From a virus (lineage: Duplodnaviria; Caudoviricetes), in IMG/VR virus record IMGVR_UViG_3300017700_000931, positions 96,001-160,000 of that record: a DNA stretch of 64,000 nt. One strand, 5' to 3'. The translations under genes and the position numbers were made by a program. Position 1 is the stretch's first letter; each line of letters begins with the position of its first letter. Of the stretch, positions 1-9,451 are shown one piece after another. The notes under the pieces are model-generated. The model made no database searches, was not told the origin of the DNA, and was given only the letters and a program-made list of their open reading frames with translations.

Positions 1-176
1 ATAACAAATTTTAAATTAGCCATGACTAATTCGTCAATAGCTTTTTCATCACCATTTTGAATTCTTATGGCTAATTCGATTTCCTTTTCAGGAGTAAGGA
101 TTTCGCTGGTTCTAATTTCCTTAAAATATTTGGTTATGCTATCGTCTTCATTTGGACTGATATATTTTTTGTTCAT
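1..176 (-). CDS. RNA polymerase sigma-70 family factor, 5' part (runs off window start; missing from ORF track)
   Basis: Manual translation from ATG at 176: MNKKYISPNEDDSITKYFKEIRTSEILTPEKEIELAIRIQNGDEKAIDELVMANLKFV, matching sigma70 region 1.2 and the start of 2.1. An alternative in-frame ATG lies at 224. Confidence 0.92.
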   Translation of the reverse strand, partial: MNKKYISPNEDDSITKYFKEIRTSEILTPEKEIELAIRIQNGDEKAIDELVMANLKFV

Positions 177-227
177 TGGTTTTTCTTCTTTTCTACTATC
201 GGTTATTTTAGTTCGAGTGAACATATT

Positions 228-256
228 AATGTACTACACAAAACCACTAAAGTAAA
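228..256 (-). promoter_or_regulatory. -35/-10-like promoter upstream of the sigma gene
   Basis: Minus strand reads TTTACT-N17-TACATT; its position favours ATG 176 as the start codon. Confidence 0.4.
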
Positions 257-308
257 GCCTTTTACGCATATTTACCTTCTTTTTTTTTAGTTTAAAAACG
301 TTTAAATT

Positions 309-767
309 CTATTTCTTTTGTTCACTTGAATTAATTTCATCCCTTAATTCAGCAGCTCTAATGTAATCTTCATTATTGATAGCTAATTGAAGTTGGTCCT
401 CCAACGATAAACCATCAATTTTAGTTTCAGTGGTATCCGGCATTCCTTCATTACCAGTAAATATATTTTTAATTACCGACCCAAAGCCATCCTCAAGATA
501 ACCGAATAATTGTTCATGGATGTCTTCTTTACCGATTTTATAAATACTTTTACCTTCCCCGACTTCAAACACAAAAAATGTTCGCTTATCTTTTTCAAAG
601 ATATCTTTCAATTCACTAATAGTGAATGCTGATGAGAATGTGGCTATTAAAACACCTTGTTGTTCCAAACATCTAGGATTAGTTTCAGATATTTTCTTAA
701 CCAAATCTTTGATTCCAGTAATATCCCCTAACCCAATAATGCAATAATTATTAAACTTCATAATCAT
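309..767 (-). CDS. Protein with C-terminal UVR (UvrB/UvrC) motif
   Basis: C-terminus LEDQLQLAINNEDYIRAAELRDEI matches the UVR helix-hairpin consensus. Confidence 0.75.
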   Translation of the reverse strand: MIMKFNNYCIIGLGDITGIKDLVKKISETNPRCLEQQGVLIATFSSAFTISELKDIFEKDKRTFFVFEVGEGKSIYKIGKEDIHEQLFGYLEDGFGSVIKNIFTGNEGMPDTTETKIDGLSLEDQLQLAINNEDYIRAAELRDEINSSEQKK

Positions 768-807
768 AAATATTTCAAAATCTAAAAGTAATACAATCCA
801 TTTTATA

Positions 808-815
808 CAAAAATA
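808..815 (-). promoter_or_regulatory. Bacteroidota-type -7 promoter element TATTTTTG
   Basis: Matches TAnnTTTG upstream of the 767 gene. Confidence 0.5.
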
Positions 816-818
816 CGA

Positions 819-3188
819 TTATTTTATGAGAATCTTCGATATATTGTTGGTTTTTTTAACCGTAATGATGTTATCACCCCAATCCTTCACATAATCAATG
901 TGTGATATCAAAAACACAATGTCATACATGTCTTTTATCTTATCAAACAGTGGTTTTATCTTTTCTAAGTTCTCAGAAGCAACAGCCCCAAATGGTTCAT
1001 CAAATGTTATGAAATTGGGCATCGGTAAATGAGATATTTTACCTAAAACACAACGTAGTGCTATACTGGAGATAGTTTTTTCAACCCCACTACCGGATTT
1101 CAATTTTTTATCAACCCCATCCTTAGTTAAGGTAAATTCAACATCATTTTTAGCATTTATGTTCAATTCTATGTTGAAATCACAAACATCTTCCATAAGT
1201 CGGTATAGTTCAGAATTAATAATTGGTAATACTGACCTTAGAATCAATTTACTAATACCCTTTTTACCTATCATCTCAACATAGATTTTAAATAACCTAT
1301 CTACCTCTAATTCTTTCTTTATAACCTCAATTAATGATGTTTTTTCGGTAATATTTGCTTCATTAGTAGCAATATTACCTTCGGTTGTCTGTATTGAACG
1401 AATAAATGTTTCCTTCTCTCGTTCTTTTACAACGATGTTGGTTTTTACCACTTCAATTTCGGCATCAATCGCTCTATTATGGTTAATTGCACCTTCATTG
1501 TCCTTATATTTTTTTAAATCCAGCTTTTTTTCCTTTATTTTGTTCCTCAAAGCTCCAATTTCTACTTCGGCACGGTCTTTTTGTAACTCAAGTTTGTTTT
1601 TTTTGTCGACTTTTGATTTATTTTCAGTCATTAAATTAATTTTGGCTTGAATATCTAATAATTTTGTGTTTCCGGCAGCATATTCTAGGTCTAATTTTTC
1701 AATTTTAGCTTCTTCAAGCTTAATTTCAACACTATGGTCAACATCTTCAAGTGCTCTTTTACATGTTGGGCATATCTCACCATTTTTTAATTGGTCAACC
1801 ATCTTAACATGCCCATTTTTTTCAATCCTATTAGCATTTAATTGTGCATCCAGCGCATTATACTCCTTATTCAAATTAAAATACGACACCTCATCATAGG
1901 TAACGTTACCAATTTCAGCAATTTCTTTTACGTATTCTTTAATTGAATCAGAAAACTTTATACCAGTATCAGTTATGGTTTTAATTTCTTTTTCAATGTT
2001 AGTTGGGTTGAGCTGTGTTATTGTTACATCGATAACTTTCTTATCTGCTATGAATCCGTCTTTTTTAGTATTCAAATTATCAATTTCTACTTTATTTGCA
2101 TCCAATTGTTGTTTCTGTGTTATCAATAACGCTTTGTTCGTTTCAATTACATTACCATGTTCTTCAATTTCAATCTTTAATGTTGCAATGTTATATTGAT
2201 TCGATTTCATGGTTTTAATGTACTCGTTATGCATTTTACGAGCAATTTCTTCCTTCATTTCAATAACCTCGATACCAATAAATTTAGTTAATAATTTTCC
2301 ACTCTCAGTCGGTGTTGTATCGATAAGGTTTTCTAAATTTTTACCAGTGGTTAAAATCGTAATATCAAAATCTTCTTCATCACCAATGGTTTTTTTAATT
2401 TCCAAAGTAGTTGCAATTGCATCTTCTTCTTCCATTTCTTCTTCAGAACCATCCGGCATTAATTTATAATAATTTAATTTATTCTTAACGGTATAACCAC
2501 CAACTCTTTTTCCAGTTCTAGTTAATATTCTTTCGATGATAACATCTTTATCATCATAATTGAGCATACCCCTTACGACTGTTTTATTTTCATCAGTGAA
2601 TGTATTGAATACCTCATCATTTTTATCAGTTTTACTAGTTTTACCGAATAATAAGAATTTAATCGCATCCACACTAAAAGTAGTCTTACCGCCTTGATTG
2701 GCTGGTACAGAATTGATGGTTGTTAAACCTCTTAATTTACCAAAATTAACGTAATTTTCTTGACCATAACATAAAAAATTATTGACTGCTAACCATTTAA
2801 TCTCCCATTTTCTATGATTGATTTCTGTTAAATCTACATTCAATGACCCATTGACTTTTTCATCCAATCTAACTATTCGCTCAAAATCAACATCCTTACC
2901 TTCTCGTGCAATCCATTCTTTCATTAATTCTCGTTGATAATTAATGTCCATAATGTTATCAATACCAGCCCCAGTGATTTCAATAACATTACCGTTTTTA
3001 TCAATTTTAGTTGGCCGGAAGACTACATTAATATTGTTTTTTTGTACCCCGTATTTTCTGGCAAAATGTGATTGTACACGATTTCTAGCTTCTCTAGAGT
3101 AATTCTCTGGTCTATCATCCCAATAAACTTTAAGTTTTGCATATGTTGGGATTTGTAATTTTTTTGTTTGTGTTATATCATTCTCCAT
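819..3188 (-). CDS. sbcC: SbcC/Rad50/gp46-like ATPase with N-terminal extension
   Basis: Walker A NQGGKTT, long coiled coil, zinc hook CPTC, signature KSGSGVEK, Walker B FITFDEPF, H-loop ISH. Confidence 0.95.
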   Translation of the reverse strand: MENDITQTKKLQIPTYAKLKVYWDDRPENYSREARNRVQSHFARKYGVQKNNINVVFRPTKIDKNGNVIEITGAGIDNIMDINYQRELMKEWIAREGKDVDFERIVRLDEKVNGSLNVDLTEINHRKWEIKWLAVNNFLCYGQENYVNFGKLRGLTTINSVPANQGGKTTFSVDAIKFLLFGKTSKTDKNDEVFNTFTDENKTVVRGMLNYDDKDVIIERILTRTGKRVGGYTVKNKLNYYKLMPDGSEEEMEEEDAIATTLEIKKTIGDEEDFDITILTTGKNLENLIDTTPTESGKLLTKFIGIEVIEMKEEIARKMHNEYIKTMKSNQYNIATLKIEIEEHGNVIETNKALLITQKQQLDANKVEIDNLNTKKDGFIADKKVIDVTITQLNPTNIEKEIKTITDTGIKFSDSIKEYVKEIAEIGNVTYDEVSYFNLNKEYNALDAQLNANRIEKNGHVKMVDQLKNGEICPTCKRALEDVDHSVEIKLEEAKIEKLDLEYAAGNTKLLDIQAKINLMTENKSKVDKKNKLELQKDRAEVEIGALRNKIKEKKLDLKKYKDNEGAINHNRAIDAEIEVVKTNIVVKEREKETFIRSIQTTEGNIATNEANITEKTSLIEVIKKELEVDRLFKIYVEMIGKKGISKLILRSVLPIINSELYRLMEDVCDFNIELNINAKNDVEFTLTKDGVDKKLKSGSGVEKTISSIALRCVLGKISHLPMPNFITFDEPFGAVASENLEKIKPLFDKIKDMYDIVFLISHIDYVKDWGDNIITVKKTNNISKILIK

Positions 3189-3648
3189 AAAAATCTTTTG
3201 TTGATTTTAATTTTATTATTTCCATATCCTTCTCCGCCAATTTTTTATCGCAGTCTATTTGCAATAATTCTTTCTCTTTGTTGAGACGCATAATCATCTG
3301 GGTCTGTATTTTCCTATTGTCTTTGAATAAATCAATATTTTCTTTATAGGATTTTTCATTTTCATCAATTTGATTTAGTAGTCTAGATATTTCTGAATTA
3401 TCCGAAACCTCAACAGTCTTAATCACTTCAACCTCTTTTATCACTTCAAAAGGAACCTCTTTAATTACTTCTACGATGACTTCTTTCTCAATTATTTTAG
3501 GGGTTTCTTGCTTATTTGATGGTGTTTCACCAAATTTTTCAATAGCAAATCCACGAGATAACATTTTATTAATTAATGCATCTACATCATCAATGTTGTT
3601 AGCCTCGGCGTAATTTTTTATATCTGACAATAAACTTGGTTTTATCAT
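3178..3648 (-). CDS. Hypothetical protein: RHH-like N-terminus, EVIKEV repeats, coiled coil
   Basis: ORF overlaps both neighbours; LLSDIKNYAEANNIDDVDALINKML resembles a two-helix RHH body. Confidence 0.6.
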   Translation of the reverse strand: MIKPSLLSDIKNYAEANNIDDVDALINKMLSRGFAIEKFGETPSNKQETPKIIEKEVIVEVIKEVPFEVIKEVEVIKTVEVSDNSEISRLLNQIDENEKSYKENIDLFKDNRKIQTQMIMRLNKEKELLQIDCDKKLAEKDMEIIKLKSTKDFYGE

Positions 3649-4460
3649 GGGTTTGTGTGTTCTTCTAATCCATTATCTAAATCATCAAGAGATTTTATTT
3701 TAAATTGATAAAAACCATATCTGGTCGGTACATCAAATTCTTCAAATGTTTTAGAACTGACATCCCAAACTAAGAATCCATGTTTACTTACTGTTTCACC
3801 AAAACTTTGTTGAATCAAAGAAGAAGGGTATGCAATATTAATTCCATGGTGATTAAATGATTGCCTTTTATGGATATCACCTAATAAAACCATATCACAA
3901 CCTTCAAAATGTTCTAATGATGTATGATGTTCATCAAATTCATAGCCAATATCTGTAGTGGCTCCAACTAACGGAGCATGATATAATCCCACATACGTTT
4001 TTTCCTCACCAGAATTATTTCTAGCTGATTCGATATCCGGCCTTTTATTTTCTTCAAAGATAGAATAATTAGCCCAAATAATGTTGTTATCTTCATAACA
4101 AAGGCTTTCTTTAAAAAATGAAATATTAGGATTATCTAATAGTTGAATTAATGGACTAATTGAATCCATCCTATCCTTATTATTTTCTAATAAATCATGA
4201 TTTCCAGCGACAATTACAACCGGACATATTTTTGACAACTCAGACAAAAACCAACAACATAACATTAATTGTTCATTAGATATTGTTATTTTTTGATGCA
4301 CTAAGTCACCAACGATAACTATTCTAAGTTCATTATACTCAAATCCTTCAGCTAATGATTTTGACTTATCAATGAATGTTTGAAAAATTTCTTTATATTC
4401 TTCATGCATTCTAAATGTTCTAATGTGGATGTCAGCAATATGAATAATTTTTTTAACCAT
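3645..4460 (-). CDS. sbcD: SbcD/Mre11/gp47-like metallophosphoesterase nuclease (short)
   Basis: Motifs ADIH, GDLVH, GNHD, LYH and GDIH, plus YPSSLIQQSFGE. Confidence 0.95.
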   Translation of the reverse strand: MVKKIIHIADIHIRTFRMHEEYKEIFQTFIDKSKSLAEGFEYNELRIVIVGDLVHQKITISNEQLMLCCWFLSELSKICPVVIVAGNHDLLENNKDRMDSISPLIQLLDNPNISFFKESLCYEDNNIIWANYSIFEENKRPDIESARNNSGEEKTYVGLYHAPLVGATTDIGYEFDEHHTSLEHFEGCDMVLLGDIHKRQSFNHHGINIAYPSSLIQQSFGETVSKHGFLVWDVSSKTFEEFDVPTRYGFYQFKIKSLDDLDNGLEEHTNP

Positions 4461-5397
4461 TGATAATTTCTTTTAATTTTTTGATTCGATTTTCCTCTCG
4501 AAGAGCATGATTCTTCTTATAGGAAAAAACCTCATTTATTCTTGGTAAAGGTGGTGAATTCAATACTGTGTTAATGAATGCATTTTCAACTCGATATTCA
4601 ACATATCTACCATCTCTCAATAAGTGAACAATTATACAACCTAAAAATTTAATATTAGCGTACTTGGTACCTTTTAACATGTCTAATATTAATCTACCAT
4701 ACAATGGTAATTGTATTTTGTAATGACTTAGTGCTGTATCTACAAATGCTTCAAATGGTGGTAACATTTGGGTGGTCCAATCTTGGATTTCAAAATTCTT
4801 TGGTTTATTTGTTTTCCAGTCAGTGATAATAAAACCTAGTTGACCATCTTTATCCATTATTAACCAAACCTTATCCGGTTGTCCAGTATAACCCAACTCA
4901 ATACTACCTAATACCATTTCCGTATCTAAGAGAACTGCTCCACGCCTATGCATTAATTGTATAAATTTATGCCCAGCATCTATCATTTGATTACCGATGA
5001 AAATCTGTTCTTCGTTACATTCAAATATGGGTTTTCTGACTTTTTTGTCAGATTTGTAGATTTTTAATAAATCAGTTTCTAATAAAAAGTGAACTCTTGA
5101 CCCAGTACTATTAGCATAATTTGCAGCCTCTCTCCATTCTTTTAATAAAGAATCTTGCTCTACCAAATTACCATTACACATTTCTAGTGATTTAGTTAAA
5201 TCATCAAATGGTGTGTAATATTGAGTAATCACTGTAGAAACCGATGGTAAATTGCTTACGATTTTACCATCTTTATTTTTTATAAAATAAGTGTGAGTTT
5301 CTTCAACAAACGACAAAGACATTTCTCGTTGTTTATCAGCTATTATACCCCTAATTTCTTCAGCTATTAACAATAATTCTTTATTATTCACTGGCAT
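4453..5397 (-). CDS. PD-(D/E)XK family exonuclease
   Basis: HTYF...PSVSTVI, GQPDKVW, DWKTNK, YKIQLPLY. Confidence 0.85.
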   Translation of the reverse strand: MPVNNKELLLIAEEIRGIIADKQREMSLSFVEETHTYFIKNKDGKIVSNLPSVSTVITQYYTPFDDLTKSLEMCNGNLVEQDSLLKEWREAANYANSTGSRVHFLLETDLLKIYKSDKKVRKPIFECNEEQIFIGNQMIDAGHKFIQLMHRRGAVLLDTEMVLGSIELGYTGQPDKVWLIMDKDGQLGFIITDWKTNKPKNFEIQDWTTQMLPPFEAFVDTALSHYKIQLPLYGRLILDMLKGTKYANIKFLGCIIVHLLRDGRYVEYRVENAFINTVLNSPPLPRINEVFSYKKNHALREENRIKKLKEIING

Positions 5398-6071
5398 TAT
5401 TGCTTACCCTCTTTATCCTTCTTTTCACGTAATATTTTTCTAATTCTTTCCTTTTCTTTTTCAAAATCCTCTTTGAATTTTCTGTTCTTAGCTTCAAGAA
5501 TGTATTTTTTACTCAATTCTTCTTTGTCCATTTTACCAAAATTATTTTGTGGATTAATTAAGGGTTGTTCAACCCTACCTATCATATCCATTATTCGTCT
5601 TGTAGCAAGACTATCGTTTCTTTGAAACCTTCGTGATTCAATACTCGGTATTTGTCTAGCACTATGGTCTAATTCACCCATATTTAAATAAGATTCCCCT
5701 ATAAAAGATTCTCCTCTGGCGGGTATAAAAATGTCCCTACGATTTGAAATAGGAGGAGTAATCGTGGTATTCGTCTTAATGGTGAATGTTTTCACTTGAT
5801 AATCAGCTAGATTTAATAATTCAATACACTTATGTTTGTGTAAAGCTAATTTATTAAATTGTCTTTTTTTAAAAAAAGACAATTTAATAAGCCTACCATC
5901 AACAACAAGCTTTAATTTCCTAAAACCCAAAAAGGTGTGGTGATAATCCTTGATTACAAAATTTAACCCCCTATCTGGGCTACTATAACTTAATTTACAG
6001 TCAAGTTGATTAACTGACCATCCAGTCAAACTAATATCCTTTAATTTGTCAATTATATTATCAATAACCAT
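5397..6071 (-). CDS. Hypothetical protein
   Basis: 224-aa ORF abutting the next gene, with an upstream TATTTTTG element. Confidence 0.6.
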   Translation of the reverse strand: MVIDNIIDKLKDISLTGWSVNQLDCKLSYSSPDRGLNFVIKDYHHTFLGFRKLKLVVDGRLIKLSFFKKRQFNKLALHKHKCIELLNLADYQVKTFTIKTNTTITPPISNRRDIFIPARGESFIGESYLNMGELDHSARQIPSIESRRFQRNDSLATRRIMDMIGRVEQPLINPQNNFGKMDKEELSKKYILEAKNRKFKEDFEKEKERIRKILREKKDKEGKQ

Positions 6072-6084
6072 AATACTTTTTTAA

Positions 6085-6092
6085 CAAAAATA
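6085..6092 (-). promoter_or_regulatory. Bacteroidota-type -7 element TATTTTTG
   Basis: TAnnTTTG match 13 nt upstream of ATG 6071. Confidence 0.55.
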
Positions 6093-6116
6093 CGGGTTTT
6101 TTGCCAGAGGCACAAG

Positions 6117-6124
6117 TATTTATT
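6117..6124 (+). promoter_or_regulatory. Putative late promoter motif TATTTATT
   Basis: Same motif precedes many virion genes; here it is 20 nt upstream of the GNAT gene. Confidence 0.55.
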
Positions 6125-6144
6125 ATAAAGAATTTAGATACAAA

Positions 6145-6573
6145 ATGAAGGAATTTATTGCAAAATTACTAAGAGAATCATTAATGGGCCCGGATTTTAG
6201 ATTTAACGATGGTAAGTTAAATAAAATTGGTCCAAATGTGATTTATATGAATGATGAACCAATTGTTGATTTCGGAATCGGAAAAATTGGTAACTTTACT
6301 GTTGGAGATAAGGAAATTGAAAATGGTCTTTATCTACAAGGTGGTTATAATGCAGCAAGTCAAGGTAGGGGTTATGGGGCCATGGGTCTTAAAGTAATTT
6401 TTACTAAATTACCTAAAATCGAAAATATTGTCGTACAATGTTATGATACAGCATGTCCATTTTGGTCTAAAATGGGTGGTGAAGAAATAGAAGCAAAGGA
6501 TATTGCTAATTCTGGTAAACCATTAAGAACATTAGTTATTAGAAGAGATAAATTCATCTCACATTACAACTAA
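6145..6573 (+). CDS. GNAT-family acetyltransferase
   Basis: Motif A QGRGYG and motif B ACPFWSKMG; N-terminal KLLRE leader. Confidence 0.75.
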   Translation: MKEFIAKLLRESLMGPDFRFNDGKLNKIGPNVIYMNDEPIVDFGIGKIGNFTVGDKEIENGLYLQGGYNAASQGRGYGAMGLKVIFTKLPKIENIVVQCYDTACPFWSKMGGEEIEAKDIANSGKPLRTLVIRRDKFISHYN

Positions 6574-7514
6574 AGCTGACTCTCAGGTATTATTTTAGAT
6601 TTGGATAGTGTTTTCAAATATGTTTTCCTACCAAATTTTTGATTAATCAGTGAAGGGTCATATTTTTTATTCAATTGAACAAGCCTAACCCGATTCCTTA
6701 GATTGCCCACATTTAATTTAAGATAAATTTCCTTAGCATCTTCATATGCATCACCATCTAAGACAATTACAATATCAGCATTCGCTTTGGTTTGTAACAT
6801 ATGGAATAAATAATCTGATACATATTTACCTAATAATGGAATTGAATTAGGCGTTACTAGGTGGTCAAAAGGACCTTCAATCAAGTATATTGTTGCATCC
6901 CAATTTATTAAACCTTCATTGAATATTATCAATTCCTTTTCAGCTTCCTCATTTAATATTTTAGGCTTAACCCATTTGTAGAATGCTCTACCAACAAAAA
7001 AATTCAATTCGTTATCTGAATCATATGATGGAATAATAATCCTATTTGCGTATTTACCATCAGTACAATACCCTATTTTTTTATCTTTGATAATATCGTC
7101 AGTGATTCCTCTGGAATGTACATATTTTATAGCGTCTAAAAATTTCTTACTATTTTGATTTGGCCCGGATAGAAGTTTAAAACCTTCTGGCAATTTCATG
7201 AAATGTGTTTCGCCTGATTCAGTCTTTTCTTTAAATTCAGGTTTTACGAGTATGAAGTCTTTTAGTATTTTAGCATTACCGTATCGTTTAATCAGATACG
7301 GCAATCGTCCCTTCATATTATTTCGTTCTCCACATGACCAACAATGGAACCAACCCTTTTCGTAATTTACTTCAAGATTACCTCTACCATTACCTTGTGG
7401 CATATCTTGTTCTTCTGAACAAGCCGGACAGTCAAATTGCATTTGACCACTACTTGGATTGTGACCCCTTGTTGTGCCTAAAAATGATTCTAATATTTCG
7501 ACAACCATCGACAT
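6570..7514 (-). CDS. dnaG: DNA primase (zinc finger plus TOPRIM)
   Basis: CPAC...CWSC zinc finger; IEGPFD and DGD TOPRIM motifs. Confidence 0.93.
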   Translation of the reverse strand: MSMVVEILESFLGTTRGHNPSSGQMQFDCPACSEEQDMPQGNGRGNLEVNYEKGWFHCWSCGERNNMKGRLPYLIKRYGNAKILKDFILVKPEFKEKTESGETHFMKLPEGFKLLSGPNQNSKKFLDAIKYVHSRGITDDIIKDKKIGYCTDGKYANRIIIPSYDSDNELNFFVGRAFYKWVKPKILNEEAEKELIIFNEGLINWDATIYLIEGPFDHLVTPNSIPLLGKYVSDYLFHMLQTKANADIVIVLDGDAYEDAKEIYLKLNVGNLRNRVRLVQLNKKYDPSLINQKFGRKTYLKTLSKSKIIPESQL

Positions 7515-7519
7515 AGTTG

Positions 7520-7527
7520 CAAAGATA
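7520..7527 (-). promoter_or_regulatory. Bacteroidota-type -7 element TATCTTTG
   Basis: TAnnTTTG match 5 nt upstream of the primase ATG. Confidence 0.6.
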
Positions 7528-7544
7528 TGATTAATTTATGATTA

Positions 7545-8198
7545 TCACAAGACTTTCCAGAATCCCTCTCTGTTCATATGACCACGAACAGCAGCATAGG
7601 CATCAGTCATATCAAAATTCTCACTCATTAGTGTATTTTTTTTACTATATAACCAATTGATTTGTGGTTCTAAGTCACAAACCTTATCATAAACAATCAT
7701 TTTTTTATCGGTAGTTTCTAAATTATAAGCACCAAATAAAACTGGGTCCTTACCTGATAATACTTTCGCTGAATAAGCTTTACCTGACTTATCGTGAGTT
7801 CTTACAGCCATTAATTCTGGGAAACCATACTTTCTAGCATCATATGAAGAAATAAATTCTGGTACAATACCTAATGTATCATAAACCGACCTTGATATCA
7901 TTCCATTAAATCGTAAAAGGGTTGCAACGGTATTAACGTTGTTCGAACGTAATAATGGTTCCTCGATAACTACTTTTGTAATACCTATATCAGCATACTT
8001 ATTCAAAAATTCTTCTTCGAAAATTCTAGCTTTCTCAAACAATTGTTGCATTTTATTATCTGGATTCGGTTTAACCTTTGGGGTAACGTGGTGTAGCAAT
8101 TTTAATGCACCTTTGGTGCCTAAATCTTCAAATAGTGCGATACCAATAGTTTTGGTGGATACGTCTAAACCTAAAATGTAATTTGTTTCTTGAGCCAT
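7545..8198 (-). CDS. ruvC: RuvC-like Holliday junction resolvase
   Basis: ILGLDVSTKTIGIA, VVIEEP and DMTDAYA provide the RNase H-fold acidic residues. Confidence 0.8.
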   Translation of the reverse strand: MAQETNYILGLDVSTKTIGIALFEDLGTKGALKLLHHVTPKVKPNPDNKMQQLFEKARIFEEEFLNKYADIGITKVVIEEPLLRSNNVNTVATLLRFNGMISRSVYDTLGIVPEFISSYDARKYGFPELMAVRTHDKSGKAYSAKVLSGKDPVLFGAYNLETTDKKMIVYDKVCDLEPQINWLYSKKNTLMSENFDMTDAYAAVRGHMNREGFWKVL

Positions 8199-8246
8199 AA
8201 AAATTTATTTCTCAAAAGATAAGCATGTATTTAACAAAATAAAGTA

Positions 8247-9449
8247 TTATACAGTAATTTTGATACCTAATGCCATAAATTGTTGTGCCGTTTTTAAAAT
8301 GTGTCTATCAGTCTTAGCCACAGCGATAATATTTTTACTAGAATCTAATAACAAAACTTCACTGATTCTAACGGTGTCACCTTTACTGTAAGTAGTGTTA
8401 TTGGATGTTGCGAATTCGCCTCTATCCAGTAAACATGTTACTTCTTGTACAACCTGTGTAGATACACTATCAAATGCTACTGTCGTTCCGGTGTCACCAG
8501 ATACAGACATTGCATTAACAATGGTTGGGTGAGTGACCACGATAAAACCTTTATCTAGAAAAGCAACCCCAACAACTTCATCTGCAACCGTTGAAGTTAT
8601 TGTATCATTTTTCATGTTAAATAATGATTTATTACTTACACTATATGGTTTTGTTGCGAAGTGTCCGGTCGCCCAACTTTTAGTTGCATCAGCATTTGGT
8701 TTTTGTATTGTATCGGAAAATAAAAATACTATGTTAGAACCAAAAATTGCTGAGTTAAATGAAGTTTCTTTGAAATTTGCATCTTGTTTCTTAGTAGTTG
8801 TTAACGTCTTTTCGTATGTACCATATAAAGTATAAGTTGTTGCACCAGTATCAGTCACTTCAACTTTAAGTGTTTTACCATCTAATAATTCACCATATTG
8901 AGAATTATCTATTCCAATAACAAATATTTTATCAGTGGCAATACCACTTAATGCGGTATCAGCATATCCACCACGACTAGCTGTCGTTGCGGTAAATAAT
9001 GCTTCATCAGCAGCATTTATCGGTAATCTGAACGAATAAAATAAATTAACTAATGAATCAGTTTCATAATCATTTTTATCAATAACGTTTTGAGTTAATG
9101 TTGTGGCACTAACAGTTTTTTGACCCAACAACGATGTTGAGTTGATAATATTGCTGGAACCTTCCTTAACCAATTTAGCTGTTTGACCTAAAGAATTATA
9201 ATAAACCAAAGACCTTGGTGAATAACCAATCGCAACACTATTACTAGTATTGTTATTTAAACCCAAATTACCTGCTGAGCTAATTACTTCACCTGTTTCA
9301 AGTGGTAATGCGGCATTATAATTTGCGTCACTGTCACTAACAGAAAAATGAGTTATAATACTAGAACTTTTACCTAGTAATTGTTGTCTACCAAAAGCTG
9401 TTAATTTAGCTGTTAAAGATATAGTCGATGCTGTGCTATTAAATCCCAT
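8247..9449 (-). CDS. Virion structural protein with tail-collar-fibre-like (DUF3751-like) termini
   Basis: N-term KLTAFGRQQL and C-term ISEVLLLDSSKNIIAVAK; paralog of the 9452..11578 gene. Confidence 0.6.
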   Translation of the reverse strand: MGFNSTASTISLTAKLTAFGRQQLLGKSSSIITHFSVSDSDANYNAALPLETGEVISSAGNLGLNNNTSNSVAIGYSPRSLVYYNSLGQTAKLVKEGSSNIINSTSLLGQKTVSATTLTQNVIDKNDYETDSLVNLFYSFRLPINAADEALFTATTASRGGYADTALSGIATDKIFVIGIDNSQYGELLDGKTLKVEVTDTGATTYTLYGTYEKTLTTTKKQDANFKETSFNSAIFGSNIVFLFSDTIQKPNADATKSWATGHFATKPYSVSNKSLFNMKNDTITSTVADEVVGVAFLDKGFIVVTHPTIVNAMSVSGDTGTTVAFDSVSTQVVQEVTCLLDRGEFATSNNTTYSKGDTVRISEVLLLDSSKNIIAVAKTDRHILKTAQQFMALGIKITV

Positions 9450-9451
9450 GA

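Noticed and set aside
4453-5397. PD-(D/E)XK nuclease as Cas4
   Set aside because: It lacks the four Fe-S cysteines and has no cas or CRISPR context.
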